A DNA stretch of 64,000 nucleotides from Bdellovibrionota bacterium (GTDB lineage: Bacteria; Bdellovibrionota; UBA1018; UBA923). The translations under genes were made by a program, and so were the position numbers. Position 1 is the first letter of the stretch. Every line of letters starts with the position of its first letter. The notes under the pieces were generated by a model. That model saw only the letters and a program-made list of their open reading frames with translations. It did no database searches and was not told the DNA's origin. This document shows, in pieces, positions 18,762 through 28,543 of the stretch. The DNA lies in the NCBI GenBank assembly GCA_040754655.1, contig JBFMCE010000003.1:3231-67230 (forward strand). The letters run 5' to 3'.

Positions 18762-20036
18762 CTAGTGCACCACATTGGGGCTCGAGGGAAAAATCCCTTT
18801 GATGTCGAGCAAGAAACCCTTGGGATCGATGATCTGATCCAAGCCTTCATCCAGCTGTTTTAAGATCGGCGCATGGGGAACCGCAAGGACTGCCGCCGTA
18901 TACTTCTTCTGGGGGATCCCATCGAGAAGTTCCAAGCCGTATTCCTTTCGGGCAAGTTCGCGGTCTGCTATCGGATCCGCCACATCCACTTTGATGCCAT
19001 ACTTCTGAAGCGCTCGTACAAGATCAACGACCTTTGTGTTCCTGACATCAGGGCAATTTTCCTTGAAAGTGAAGCCCAAGACTAAAACTTCTGATCCAAT
19101 CGGCGAAACCTTGCGTTCGAGCAATTTGCGCAAAAGTTTTTCCGCGAAAAACTCCGGCATCGAATCATTGGTACGGCGGCCTGCGAGGATCATCTCCGGG
19201 TGATAACCCACTTCAAGCGATTTGTGAGTGAGGTAATAAGGATCCACCCCGATGCAATGGCCGCCGACAAGCCCGGGTTTGAATTTCAAGAAATTCCACT
19301 TGGTGCCGGAAGCTTCGAGCACCTCATGCACGTCAAGACCCAAGCGGTCAAACAGAACCGTGAGTTCATTGATCAAGCCGATGTTCACATCACGTTGAAT
19401 GTTTTCAATGACCTTCGCCGCTTCAGCGGTGCGGATGTCTTTTGCGCAGTGAATTCCAGCAGCGACGATCTTTGAATACATCCCAGCAACGAGTTCGAGC
19501 GTCTTTTGATTCGAGCCCGATACGATCTTCTTGATCTTGGGTATCGTGTGTTCTTTGTCACCGGGATTGACGCGCTCTGGACTGTATCCCAAGAAAAAGT
19601 CCACATTGAGTTTTAGCCCCGTCAGTTCTTCTAGTTTTGGGGCCAAGACCTCTTCAGTCAAGCCCGGGTAAACCGTCGATTCAAATACGACCGTCGCTCC
19701 TTTTTGAAGCACTTCGCTTAAGATTTCACATGCGGAAAAAAGAGGGGTCAAGTCCGGTGCATTGTACTTGTCGACCGGCGTTGGAACCGTGACGATGAAA
19801 AAGTTCAAGCCCTTGAGATCGTTCTTCTTGCTTGTGAACAGAAGATTTGGCGAGCCAAGCTCCGTCGCGGGTACTTCGTTTGTTCGGTCAATTCCGGCGC
19901 TGAGTTCTTGAATACGCGTTGGGTTGCGATCATAGGCTCTCACTTTCATGACTTTGCTAAAGCAGACCGCTAAGGGCAGACCTACGTATCCAACTCCAAC
20001 AATTCCGATTTCTCGAGGAAGGTCGATGACCGCCAT
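18762..20036 (-). CDS. Nucleotide-sugar dehydrogenase (UDP-GlcNAc/UDP-ManNAc/UDP-Glc 6-dehydrogenase family; WbpA/TviB/WecC-like)
   Basis: IGIVGVGYVGLPLA NAD-binding motif; 424 aa; catalytic Cys region GGHCIGVDPYY. Confidence 0.85.
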   Translation of the reverse strand: MAVIDLPREIGIVGVGYVGLPLAVCFSKVMKVRAYDRNPTRIQELSAGIDRTNEVPATELGSPNLLFTSKKNDLKGLNFFIVTVPTPVDKYNAPDLTPLFSACEILSEVLQKGATVVFESTVYPGLTEEVLAPKLEELTGLKLNVDFFLGYSPERVNPGDKEHTIPKIKKIVSGSNQKTLELVAGMYSKIVAAGIHCAKDIRTAEAAKVIENIQRDVNIGLINELTVLFDRLGLDVHEVLEASGTKWNFLKFKPGLVGGHCIGVDPYYLTHKSLEVGYHPEMILAGRRTNDSMPEFFAEKLLRKLLERKVSPIGSEVLVLGFTFKENCPDVRNTKVVDLVRALQKYGIKVDVADPIADRELARKEYGLELLDGIPQKKYTAAVLAVPHAPILKQLDEGLDQIIDPKGFLLDIKGIFPSSPNVVH

Positions 20037-20218
20037 TCGTATTATTTCCTTTGTTGCTTGAAATGGGCTCGTATCGCTTTAGAGTACATATCACGGAAAA
20101 CTGACATGCAAGTTGCGTTTTTAGCAGTAGTTGAGTTAATTGTTTTAAGTAATGCGAACCTATGAGATCCTGCCGGTGCCGCAAGTTTTGGATCGCTCAC
20201 TTTTAGAGAAGGGACCAA

Positions 20219-21703
20219 ATGTCGGAGACTCCTGTAACGACGACGATTACGACAAAGCCGATGGAGAGTTTAAAGACCACTTCCGTGACCAGCTCTTGGA
20301 AGTGGAGAGGATACTTAGGGCGCGTTTTGACGGTCTCTCAGCTCATCACGGATTTCACCACGGTAGTTGCTTGTTATATGGCGAGCTATTGGATTTACGT
20401 GGGGCCCCTGCGCGGCTGGTCACCACAGACGATGCCCGAGTTTCTGGCGCTTTCGTTTTCGGCGGCTTTGCTTTACGCGGTTTTGCTTGAACGTGAAGGT
20501 CTTTATCGTCGTGAAATGAGCCTTTTGAACGTGAAAGAATTGAGGGGCCTTTTTCACGTGGGGATTTATGCGGCCGCCCTGATTTTGAGCGTCTCTTTCT
20601 ACATTCGATCGATCAGCTTGTCGCGCGTGACTCTTACGATAGCGCTTATCCTTACGCCGGTGATTTTGTACCTGCAGCGCCAGTTTTTTTATTGGCTCCA
20701 TGTGAGGTTGCACAGCCAGGGGCTCGCTCAGCGCCGAGTGCTGATTTACGGCGCCGGCAATATCGGAACACATCTTGCGAAGAGGCTCTTTCAGAGCCCG
20801 TCACTAGGATTGTTTCCCGTGGGGTTTCTTGACGATGATGCCTCAAGGCATGGGAGCATTTTAAAGTGGAAAGGTTCTTGCCCACGCGCTGGAGTGAAGG
20901 TTTTAGGAGGTGAAGAGACACTCAAGTCCTGGAAGAACCTGGGCGTTGAGTTGGTCTTGATCGCCATTCCTTCAGCTAGCTTTGAACGGAACAGGAAACT
21001 TGTTGAGCTCTGCGTGGAAGAAGGCCTTGAATACGCCATCGTTCCGAACGCCTATGAGAAGTTCATCCAAAGGGTTGAGGGAGTCGAGATCGGGGGCATT
21101 CCTCTGATTCGCCGTAGGTCGCGCAAAACGAGCTTGATTTATTTGGCGATGAAGCGGCTCCTCGATTTTACCTTGAGCGTCGTTTTTTTGGCTTTGCTCT
21201 CGCCACTGGTATTCTTCATTGGGCTCGCCATAAAACTTGATTCAAAGGGACCCATCGTTTTCAAGCAGAAGCGTGTCGGACAAAACGGAAAAGAATTCAC
21301 CGTCTATAAGTTTCGCAGCATGTACACCGAAGCTCCGAAGTACGCGCACACCCCGGCTGATCCCTCTGACCCGCGCATCACTAAGGTGGGTCGTTGGCTA
21401 CGACGCACAAGCCTTGACGAGCTTCCTCAATTGTTCAATGTCTTCCGTGGCGATATGAGCATCGTAGGCCCGCGTCCTGAGATGCCGTTCATTGTAGAGA
21501 ACTATGGGCCCTTAGAGCGCCTTCGGCTTGAGTGCAAACCTGGCATTACGGGTGTCTGGCAAATCAGTGCGGTGCGCGGTGAACCCATTCACGCGAATAT
21601 CGAATACGACTTGTTCTACCTCGAGAACCGATCAGTGCTTTTGGACGTCGCGATTATTATCAAAACAATCCTCTCTGTGATACGAGGAGTAGGAGCCGTT
21701 TAA
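20219..21703 (+). CDS. Polyprenyl-phosphate sugar phosphotransferase (WbaP/PssY-type bacterial sugar transferase, initiating enzyme)
   Basis: N-terminal TM helices, CoA-binding-like YGAGNIGTHLAK, and the C-terminal Bac_transf signature KFRSMY...DELPQLFNVFRGDMSIVGPRP. Confidence 0.85.
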   Translation: MSETPVTTTITTKPMESLKTTSVTSSWKWRGYLGRVLTVSQLITDFTTVVACYMASYWIYVGPLRGWSPQTMPEFLALSFSAALLYAVLLEREGLYRREMSLLNVKELRGLFHVGIYAAALILSVSFYIRSISLSRVTLTIALILTPVILYLQRQFFYWLHVRLHSQGLAQRRVLIYGAGNIGTHLAKRLFQSPSLGLFPVGFLDDDASRHGSILKWKGSCPRAGVKVLGGEETLKSWKNLGVELVLIAIPSASFERNRKLVELCVEEGLEYAIVPNAYEKFIQRVEGVEIGGIPLIRRRSRKTSLIYLAMKRLLDFTLSVVFLALLSPLVFFIGLAIKLDSKGPIVFKQKRVGQNGKEFTVYKFRSMYTEAPKYAHTPADPSDPRITKVGRWLRRTSLDELPQLFNVFRGDMSIVGPRPEMPFIVENYGPLERLRLECKPGITGVWQISAVRGEPIHANIEYDLFYLENRSVLLDVAIIIKTILSVIRGVGAV

Positions 21704-21719
21704 AAAGGACGAGAATCTA

Positions 21720-22661
21720 TTGAGAACGCTAATTACAGGCATCACGGGAATGATTGGTTCGCACTTCGCGAATGCGACTCGCAGCAAAGGTTGGTCGACA
21801 TTTGGCCTAGCGAGGAATAGTGCTTCAAGCAGGTTGGCTGCGGTGCCCGAAGAAAACGTCTTTCGTTGCGATATCCTGGACCGCGATGCTTTGGATGAAG
21901 TCGTGGCCAAGGTGAAGCCTGATCTTGTGATCCACATGGCGGCTCAAGCCTTCAACGGGATTTCTTGGCAGGCGGAAGAAACCACCCATCATGCGAATTA
22001 CCTGGGGACGATGGCGGTTTTGAGAAGTTGCCGAAAGACGGTTCCAAAAGCAAAAATCATTCTTGCATGCAGTAGCGCAGCCTATGGCGACGTGAAACCC
22101 GAAGATTGTCCTCTTGTGGAAGACCGTTTGCTCAAGCCGATCACGCCTTACGGCGTGAGCAAAGCAGCGACAGAGTGCCTTGGTTATCAATATTTCGCGA
22201 ACTACAAGATGGATGTTTATCTTCCAAGGCTCTTCATCCACGTCGGAACCGGCCATCCTCCGGCCACGGCCATTCAGAATTTCGCGCGCCAGCTCGCGCT
22301 GATTGCAAAGGGCGTCTTGCCCCCGGTCATGAAAGTAGGCGCGCTCACGACGGCCCGTGACTTCATCGACGTGCGTGATGGAGTAGAAGGCATGATGCTG
22401 ATGTTAGAGCGCGGTGCGCCGGGCCAGCCGATGAATATTTGCACGGGCACGGCTTTTAAAATCTCAGATATCCTTCGAATGCTCGTAGAGATTTCAGGGT
22501 TGAAGGTTGAGGTGACCTCAGACCCAAGTTTGCTTCGGCCCTCAGATGAACCACTGCTTTTGGGTGACAATACGAAGCTAAAGGCGTTAGGGTGGCGGCA
22601 ACGCTATTCGATGAAACAAACCTTAGAAGCAGTCTATGCCGATTGGCTTGGTCGCGTATAA
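21720..22661 (+). CDS. NAD-dependent epimerase/dehydratase (extended SDR; GDP-sugar reductase/epimerase-like)
   Basis: TTG start. ITGITGMIGSHF Rossmann motif and YGVSK catalytic Y..K. Confidence 0.75.
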   Translation: MRTLITGITGMIGSHFANATRSKGWSTFGLARNSASSRLAAVPEENVFRCDILDRDALDEVVAKVKPDLVIHMAAQAFNGISWQAEETTHHANYLGTMAVLRSCRKTVPKAKIILACSSAAYGDVKPEDCPLVEDRLLKPITPYGVSKAATECLGYQYFANYKMDVYLPRLFIHVGTGHPPATAIQNFARQLALIAKGVLPPVMKVGALTTARDFIDVRDGVEGMMLMLERGAPGQPMNICTGTAFKISDILRMLVEISGLKVEVTSDPSLLRPSDEPLLLGDNTKLKALGWRQRYSMKQTLEAVYADWLGRV

Positions 22662-22676
22662 CGAGGAGGGTCTAAA

Positions 22677-23426
22677 ATGGCGGCGAGAGTCGAACCGTTC
22701 GAATCCGTTTCTATCATTTTGCCCATCATCAACGAAACGCACTCTTTGGTGACCACGGTTGATGTGATCGAACAGATGTGCGATTCAAAAGACATCAAAG
22801 AATACATCGCTGTCGTGTGCGGTCGAACCACCAAAGACAGCCTTGAAACCTGCAAGGTTCTTCAAGAAAGGTTTGGCGCGAAATTTCGTCTGCACCATCA
22901 GAAGCTGCCCTTCATCGGTGGGGCGATGAGGGAAGCCTTTGATTTGGCCGAGGGGTCACATACGATCATGATGTCGACCGATCTTGAGACGGATCCACAT
23001 GTCGTGCGGAATTTCATTGTAGAGGCTAAGCGCCACCCTTCTTCGATTATTACGGCGTCGCGCTGGATCAAGGGCGGAGAGTTTCATGGGTACAATCCCG
23101 TGAAACTCGCGGCGAACTATGCGTTTCAAAAAATCTTCGCGTTGCTTTACAGCAGCAAACTCACGGACTTGACTTACGCCTACCGGATATTCCCGACCTC
23201 ACTCTTGCAATCGATCGCTTGGGAAGAACTCAAGCATCCGTTTTTCCTTGAGACGGTGATCAAACCCCTGCGCTTAGGCGTGAATGTGATTGAAATCCCT
23301 GCGGTTTGGAAAGCGCGCACCGAGGGAGAATCTCAAAATCCGTTTTTGAATAATTTTGTGTATTTTCGCATTGCGCTCAAAGTGAAGTTTTATCCTCGCG
23401 AAAGGATTTTGCAGAAGCACGCTTAA
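22677..23426 (+). CDS. Glycosyltransferase family 2, polyprenyl-phosphate glycosyltransferase-like (DPM1/GtrB-like)
   Basis: SIILPIINE start of the GT-A fold and MMSTDLETDP (DXD-like) motif. 249 aa soluble GT2. RBS GAGGAGGG. Confidence 0.7.
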   Translation: MAARVEPFESVSIILPIINETHSLVTTVDVIEQMCDSKDIKEYIAVVCGRTTKDSLETCKVLQERFGAKFRLHHQKLPFIGGAMREAFDLAEGSHTIMMSTDLETDPHVVRNFIVEAKRHPSSIITASRWIKGGEFHGYNPVKLAANYAFQKIFALLYSSKLTDLTYAYRIFPTSLLQSIAWEELKHPFFLETVIKPLRLGVNVIEIPAVWKARTEGESQNPFLNNFVYFRIALKVKFYPRERILQKHA

Positions 23427-23430
23427 GGTT

Positions 23431-24441
23431 ATGAAAGAAAAACTCGCTGTTGTCGTCACTTCGATTTCGAAACCCAATGATGTGCTTGAGGCGCTGGCTG
23501 ACGGCTGCAGGAAAAGGGGCCATCAATTCATCGTAGTTGGTGACCGCGCAAGCCCTCCTGATTTTCAGCTCGCGGGCTGTGAGTTCTACGGCTTGGATGA
23601 GCAGCGCGAGACCGGATTCAAGTTCGCTCAATTATGCCCCGAAAAACATTATGCCAGAAAGAACATTGGTTATCTTTTGGCGATACGTGATGGAGCCACC
23701 ATCTTGGCCGAAACCGATGATGACAACATCCCGTATGAAGAGTTTTGGGCGGAACGCAAGCGGGCCCAACGGGCCCAGGTGATTCAAAAAAGTGGCTGGG
23801 TCAACGTTTATAGGTATTTTAGCGACAAAAACATATGGCCTCGAGGGCTGCCTCTAGATCAGGTGCTAGCGGATCTTCCGGCCTTTGAAGCTTTGAAGCC
23901 TGAAGAAAAGACATGTCCCATTCAACAAGGGCTTGCCGATGACAATCCTGATGTTGATGCGATTTACCGTTTGGTGATGCCGCTTCCTCAGTTTTTCCGG
24001 AAAGATCGAAGCGTGATCCTAGCTGAAGGGGCGTGGTGTCCATTTAACAGTCAAAATACGACTTGGTGGCCCGAGGCGTTTGCCCTGTTGTACTTGCCTG
24101 CCTATTGTTCGTTTCGCATGACTGACATTTGGAGAAGCTTTGTTGCTCAACGAGTCGCGTGGGAATACAAATGGCCCATCCTTTTTCATGCTCCGACGGT
24201 GTGGCAGAAGAGGAATGACCACAACCTCATGCGCGATTTCAAAGATGAAGTGCCGGGTTATTTGAACAATAGCGCCTTGTGTGAAGCGCTCATGGGCTTA
24301 AAACTTTCCAACGAACAATCGCGTATCGGAGAAAATTTAAGGCTTTGCTACGAAAAGCTGGTGTCGCTTGGCTTGGTTGATGGCAAAGAGCTGGAGTTGG
24401 TGGATGCATGGCTCTCGGATCTTCGGCTTGCGTCGAGATGA
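23431..24441 (+). CDS. Hypothetical protein, possibly DUF288/STELLO-like glycosyltransferase
   Basis: VVVTSI...NIGYLLAIRDGATILAETDDDN resembles the DUF288 family pattern. Recalled from memory, low certainty. Confidence 0.3.
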   Translation: MKEKLAVVVTSISKPNDVLEALADGCRKRGHQFIVVGDRASPPDFQLAGCEFYGLDEQRETGFKFAQLCPEKHYARKNIGYLLAIRDGATILAETDDDNIPYEEFWAERKRAQRAQVIQKSGWVNVYRYFSDKNIWPRGLPLDQVLADLPAFEALKPEEKTCPIQQGLADDNPDVDAIYRLVMPLPQFFRKDRSVILAEGAWCPFNSQNTTWWPEAFALLYLPAYCSFRMTDIWRSFVAQRVAWEYKWPILFHAPTVWQKRNDHNLMRDFKDEVPGYLNNSALCEALMGLKLSNEQSRIGENLRLCYEKLVSLGLVDGKELELVDAWLSDLRLASR

Positions 24442-24498
24442 TGGCGGGCGAACCTGGGATCTTGGCTTCAAGATGCCCTCTACCATAGGTGGGCGAGC

Positions 24499-25692
24499 AT
24501 GCGTTTGATTTTCAAACAGCCTGATGTGCTGTTTTTTCTGGCGATTTTTTCGTTATCTGCGGCAATCATACTCGGTTTTCCCCAAGACATCCGATTTGAC
24601 CAGCAGCTCATCCGTTACGTCTTTTCATTCAAAGACTTTCCCTCGTTCGATGATGGCGTCATCTCTCATTTGATTGCGGGTTTTTACAATCGATTCGTTG
24701 CTCCCAGTGCCGAGAGTTTGAACCAACATTTCCGCTTTTTAGCAATGACCGGTTTTTTGACCTCTGCGTTTTTGCTCTGCAGGTTGGTCGTTCGTGATTG
24801 GCGCTTGCGCTGCATCTTCTTGGCGTTTTTAATGCTGTCACGTTTGCCGTTTTTATGGCTCAGTACCGAGCTTTTCACCGCGACGGCGTTTTGTGTGGCT
24901 TTGATTGGAATGCTCGAAAACTGGAAACCTCATTGGCTTGCACTGGCGCTGGTTATGCTGGCCAACACGAAGCCCGATCTGATCTTGGTTGCCACGGCGC
25001 TTTTGGGATACGCGGTTTTCTTTGAACCTTCGCATAAGAGGCAGCGCTTGAGATTGGTCTCGTGTTTTATAGGGTTTGAGGTCTTGCTTTGGATCCCTGG
25101 TTTTATCGCGAATGGGAATCAGTTTTTCGGAAACCGGGGCTTCATGGCTTTTGCCCAGCACTATTCTGATTTGGTTTATCCCCATCAGGCCGCCGCTCAG
25201 GCGGCCGATCCGTGGTTGCAACCCGAAAAGTACATGGAGCGGATTTTTCCAAAAGCGCAATCGATACGGGATCTGGTCTTGCATTACCCGGTGAAGTATT
25301 TTGATTTTCTGACCCTCTCCCTTGGAAAGGGTTTTAAGAACCTGATCCGGCTCTTTGGCTTCTTGGCTTTGCTCTTCCCGATGCGCATCGCCTTTTTGAA
25401 TAGGATGCCATTGACCCGTTTCGAGAAAATCGTGGGGATTACGCTCGTGGGTTTTGTTCCGTTCTTTTTGCTCTCGTACCCTCACGTGAGGTATATGACG
25501 AGGTATTACCCGGCTTTTGTGATTCTTTTGGCGGCATGGACGGAGAGATTGCCCGATCCAAAGAAAGGCAAAACCCATATCAAGAGATATGCTTATGCTA
25601 CGATGGCAATGGCGTTGGCCTTCCAAGCCTTTTTGTTCTTCCGCGACCTGCATGCCTTGAGCTTTGGCGGTTACTTTTGGTTTCCGGATTGA
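24499..25692 (+). CDS. Polytopic integral membrane protein (GT-C or Wzy-like), function unknown
   Basis: 397 aa with about 10 hydrophobic helices. Its position after a DPM1-like GT2 suggests a GtrC-like lipid-sugar-utilising transferase. Confidence 0.4.
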   Translation: MRLIFKQPDVLFFLAIFSLSAAIILGFPQDIRFDQQLIRYVFSFKDFPSFDDGVISHLIAGFYNRFVAPSAESLNQHFRFLAMTGFLTSAFLLCRLVVRDWRLRCIFLAFLMLSRLPFLWLSTELFTATAFCVALIGMLENWKPHWLALALVMLANTKPDLILVATALLGYAVFFEPSHKRQRLRLVSCFIGFEVLLWIPGFIANGNQFFGNRGFMAFAQHYSDLVYPHQAAAQAADPWLQPEKYMERIFPKAQSIRDLVLHYPVKYFDFLTLSLGKGFKNLIRLFGFLALLFPMRIAFLNRMPLTRFEKIVGITLVGFVPFFLLSYPHVRYMTRYYPAFVILLAAWTERLPDPKKGKTHIKRYAYATMAMALAFQAFLFFRDLHALSFGGYFWFPD

Positions 25693-25711
25693 TGAGAGGA
25701 GCAACCTATCA

Positions 25712-26533
25712 GTGAAGCGATTTGACGGAAAAGTCGTGGTGATCACCGGGGCTGCTTCAGGCATTGGAAGAGCGACGGCGCTGGCCTTTGCGCGGGAAGG
25801 CGCGAAACTTTACCTTACCGACATCAATCAACAGGCGCTCGAGGGATTCAAAGAGGAATTGCGGGCTAAGGGCGCTGCGGTTTCAGCGTGCGTCGTAGAC
25901 TCTAGGGATCAGAGACAAATGCGACAATTTGCAGATGCTGTTTCGCAAGCCGAAGGGCGCGTAGACGTGCTCTGCAATAACGCCGGTATCGGTTACGGCG
26001 CGCCAGCAGGAGAGCAAACGCTCGAAGACTGGAAGAGAGTGATCGACATCAACCTTTGGGGGGTTATTCATGGGATCCATGCTTTTCTGCCGGTGCTCGA
26101 GAGGCAAGGGGGCGATGCGCATATCGTGAACGTGGCGTCGATGGCGGGCCTCATCGGGTTTCCGGGCCTAAGCGCCTATTGCACAACCAAGTTTGCGGTC
26201 GTGGGCTTGAGCGAGAGCCTGGCCGCGGAACTTGCGGTAAAACACATTCGAGTGACGGCGATTTGCCCGGGCGTCGTCAATACCGCTATTGTCGAGAGCG
26301 CTTCAATCGCGCATCAGGGACGTTTTGCGAAAGATTCTGTTGCGCGATTTTATCAGCGCTTCGGGGCAAACCCAGAAAAAGTCGCTCGCGATATTCTGAA
26401 AGTTGTCGGAACCGCTGTGGTGATCAAGCCTTCGGTTGCAGGGCCGGCTTGGCTACTCTGGTGGCTTAAGCGCCTCTCAACGCGCATTTATGGGACCGTA
26501 GCGAGGCATTTAGCGCGAAACTTTTTAGAATAA
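25712..26533 (+). CDS. SDR family oxidoreductase
   Basis: VVVITGAASGIGRATA Rossmann motif, NNAG motif, and catalytic Y...K in YCTTKFAV. GTG start preferred (RBS GAGAGGAG) over the ORF-track TTG at 25664, which overlaps the upstream gene. Confidence 0.75.
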   Translation: MKRFDGKVVVITGAASGIGRATALAFAREGAKLYLTDINQQALEGFKEELRAKGAAVSACVVDSRDQRQMRQFADAVSQAEGRVDVLCNNAGIGYGAPAGEQTLEDWKRVIDINLWGVIHGIHAFLPVLERQGGDAHIVNVASMAGLIGFPGLSAYCTTKFAVVGLSESLAAELAVKHIRVTAICPGVVNTAIVESASIAHQGRFAKDSVARFYQRFGANPEKVARDILKVVGTAVVIKPSVAGPAWLLWWLKRLSTRIYGTVARHLARNFLE

Positions 26534-26544
26534 AGCCTATTAGT

Positions 26545-27294
26545 TCAATAGACTAGACTAGTTGAGGCAGTTCGTTCGATCTGGCCATATTTATTTAGGA
26601 TTTCTGCAACTAAAGATACTGTTCCATCGTCATGAAATGAAGTTTGTAGTTTGAATACATTTTTTTCAAAACTTGGTCGAGGCAGGTCAAAAAGCCAGGT
26701 GATCGGAATACCATCTTGAAGATTGATCTCATTTGAGGTGAACAAAGCTCCGTTCGAAGTCGCCTTTGCACTCAAAAGAAGTTCTTCTGCTCTCGCCGTT
26801 CCGAACTCAGGGATGTAAAAAGTTGCCACTGCTTTCAGGGGCTTTCCAGGTTCATTGGTAAAAGAGACATGCATGTTCATCTTGTTGTAAATTTTATTCT
26901 GGTTCTGGCGGTATGCAGGAGGTTTTGGTCGATCATAAGTATAAACTGGTATTTCAAAGGCGAAAAAAGCAGTTCTCAGATGAATTGAAGTCCTCATCGC
27001 GTCGATGCGTTTTTCTGCCGAAAGTTGCTCTGTTAGCGGTAGGTATTCTTTTAGAATCTCTCGGCGCGTCTCATATAAATTCTCGAGTGTTTCTCGCACC
27101 TTCGTCGTCCCACCAGGTACGAGGAGCGTAAAGCAGGATCTTAATAAATCATGTTGGTTCCAGATACTTTTGTTTACTTTCCCTAATTTTTCTTGAACTT
27201 GATCAAAGCGAATGTGAAGGCTGCTTGGGTCATTCGCATGGGCCAGGATCGGAGAAACCAGTAAGCTAAACAGAATAAGTTCTTTTTGAAACAT
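26545..27294 (-). CDS. Hypothetical secreted protein
   Basis: MFQKELILFSLLVSPILAHA signal peptide and no recognisable domains. Lies in a locally AT-rich patch. The start could instead be at 27306. Confidence 0.45.
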   Translation of the reverse strand: MFQKELILFSLLVSPILAHANDPSSLHIRFDQVQEKLGKVNKSIWNQHDLLRSCFTLLVPGGTTKVRETLENLYETRREILKEYLPLTEQLSAEKRIDAMRTSIHLRTAFFAFEIPVYTYDRPKPPAYRQNQNKIYNKMNMHVSFTNEPGKPLKAVATFYIPEFGTARAEELLLSAKATSNGALFTSNEINLQDGIPITWLFDLPRPSFEKNVFKLQTSFHDDGTVSLVAEILNKYGQIERTASTSLVY

Positions 27295-27440
27295 GGTGCA
27301 CTGCATTATAATAAAGGCTTTTGATTGTAAATATCTTAAATTTTGATTTGCGTTGCCTTCAGATCCGTCATCGATCGGCCTCAAAATCGTTCATGTTTTC
27401 CAGGACAGGTCGCCCAGACTTGTCGTAAGGTGTATCCAGA

Positions 27441-28418
27441 ATGGCTAAAACATTTCTTGTCACTGGCAGCGCCGGCTTCATTGGGTTTCATCTCTCAAAG
27501 AGGCTTTTGGAGCAAGGCCATCGTGTCGTGGGTTTTGACAATCTCAACGATTATTATTCGGTAGAGCTCAAGCAAGATCGAAACGACCAGCTCAAGGGCT
27601 ATTCCCGCTATTCTTTTATTCAGGCGGACGTCAGCGAAAAGAGCGCGGTATCAGATGTTTTTTCAAGGCATGAGTTTGATACCGTGTTTCACCTCGCGGC
27701 CCAGGCTGGCGTGCGTTACAGCCTTGAGAATCCTGAGGCCTATCTTAAGAGCAATATTGACGGCACTCTCACTATTCTTGAGGCCGCTCGCCATTCCAAA
27801 ACAAAGCCCCATCTTTTGATCGCCTCCTCAAGCTCGGTCTATGGGCTTTCGCAGCACTATCCTTTCAAGGAAGACGATCCGGCGGATCGACCCGTGGCGC
27901 TGTACGGAGCGACGAAAAGGGCTGATGAACTCATGGGCCATTCTTATTCCCATCTCTTCGGTCTTCGTGTCACTATGCTCAGGTTTTTCACGGTTTATGG
28001 GCCTTGGGGAAGGCCTGACATGGCGCTGTTCAAGTTTGTGCGCGCGATTCTCGGGGGCGAAGAGATCGAAGTTTATAACAATGGCGATATGATCCGCGAC
28101 TTTACGTATGTGAGTGACATCGTCGATGGTATTGTCGGGTTGGCTGAAAACCGAACTAAACCCGAGCATCCACTCTATGACGTCTTCAATATTGGATGCG
28201 CTAAGCCGCGAACCTTGATGGAATTCATTCGCGCGATCGAAAAGAGCGTCGGAAAAAAAGCCAAGATGAAGATGATGCCATTTCAGGCCGGAGATGTTTA
28301 CAAGACATACGCAGACGTCAGCAAATTAAGAGAGATCTGCGGCTACACCCCGAAGGTTGGCATTGAAGACGGTATTGAGAATTTTGTCCGCTGGTACGTT
28401 GAGTATTACAAAGCTTGA
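27441..28418 (+). CDS. UDP-glucuronate (UDP-hexuronate) 4-epimerase, NAD-dependent epimerase family (Cap1J/WbnF/LpsL-like)
   Basis: KTFLVTGSAGFIGFHLSKRLLEQGHRVVGFDNLNDYYSVELKQDR is near-diagnostic for UDP-GlcA 4-epimerases; YGATK catalytic pair. Confidence 0.8.
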   Translation: MAKTFLVTGSAGFIGFHLSKRLLEQGHRVVGFDNLNDYYSVELKQDRNDQLKGYSRYSFIQADVSEKSAVSDVFSRHEFDTVFHLAAQAGVRYSLENPEAYLKSNIDGTLTILEAARHSKTKPHLLIASSSSVYGLSQHYPFKEDDPADRPVALYGATKRADELMGHSYSHLFGLRVTMLRFFTVYGPWGRPDMALFKFVRAILGGEEIEVYNNGDMIRDFTYVSDIVDGIVGLAENRTKPEHPLYDVFNIGCAKPRTLMEFIRAIEKSVGKKAKMKMMPFQAGDVYKTYADVSKLREICGYTPKVGIEDGIENFVRWYVEYYKA

Positions 28419-28543
28419 GCCGGCTTGTAAAAAAGTTCGAGAGCGAAGAAGCTGAAGAGGAGCCGACTAAAGCGTACGAAAAGTACGCTGCAGGAGCGCC
28501 CGATGAGGATGATGAAGCTATTCGAGCTTTTTTACAAGCCAGC

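Noticed and set aside
18373-18765. 130 aa plus-strand ORF.
   Set aside because: It lies entirely antisense to the methyltransferase gene (18121-18759) and has no motifs.
20152-20490. 112 aa ORF overlapping the 5' end of the sugar phosphotransferase gene.
   Set aside because: It is in a different frame from a well-supported gene and is acidic and low-complexity. Likely spurious.
24853-25764. 303 aa minus-strand ORF rich in Arg, Gln and Lys.
   Set aside because: It is antisense to the polytopic membrane protein gene (24499-25692). Its composition is typical of a reverse-frame artefact of a hydrophobic gene.
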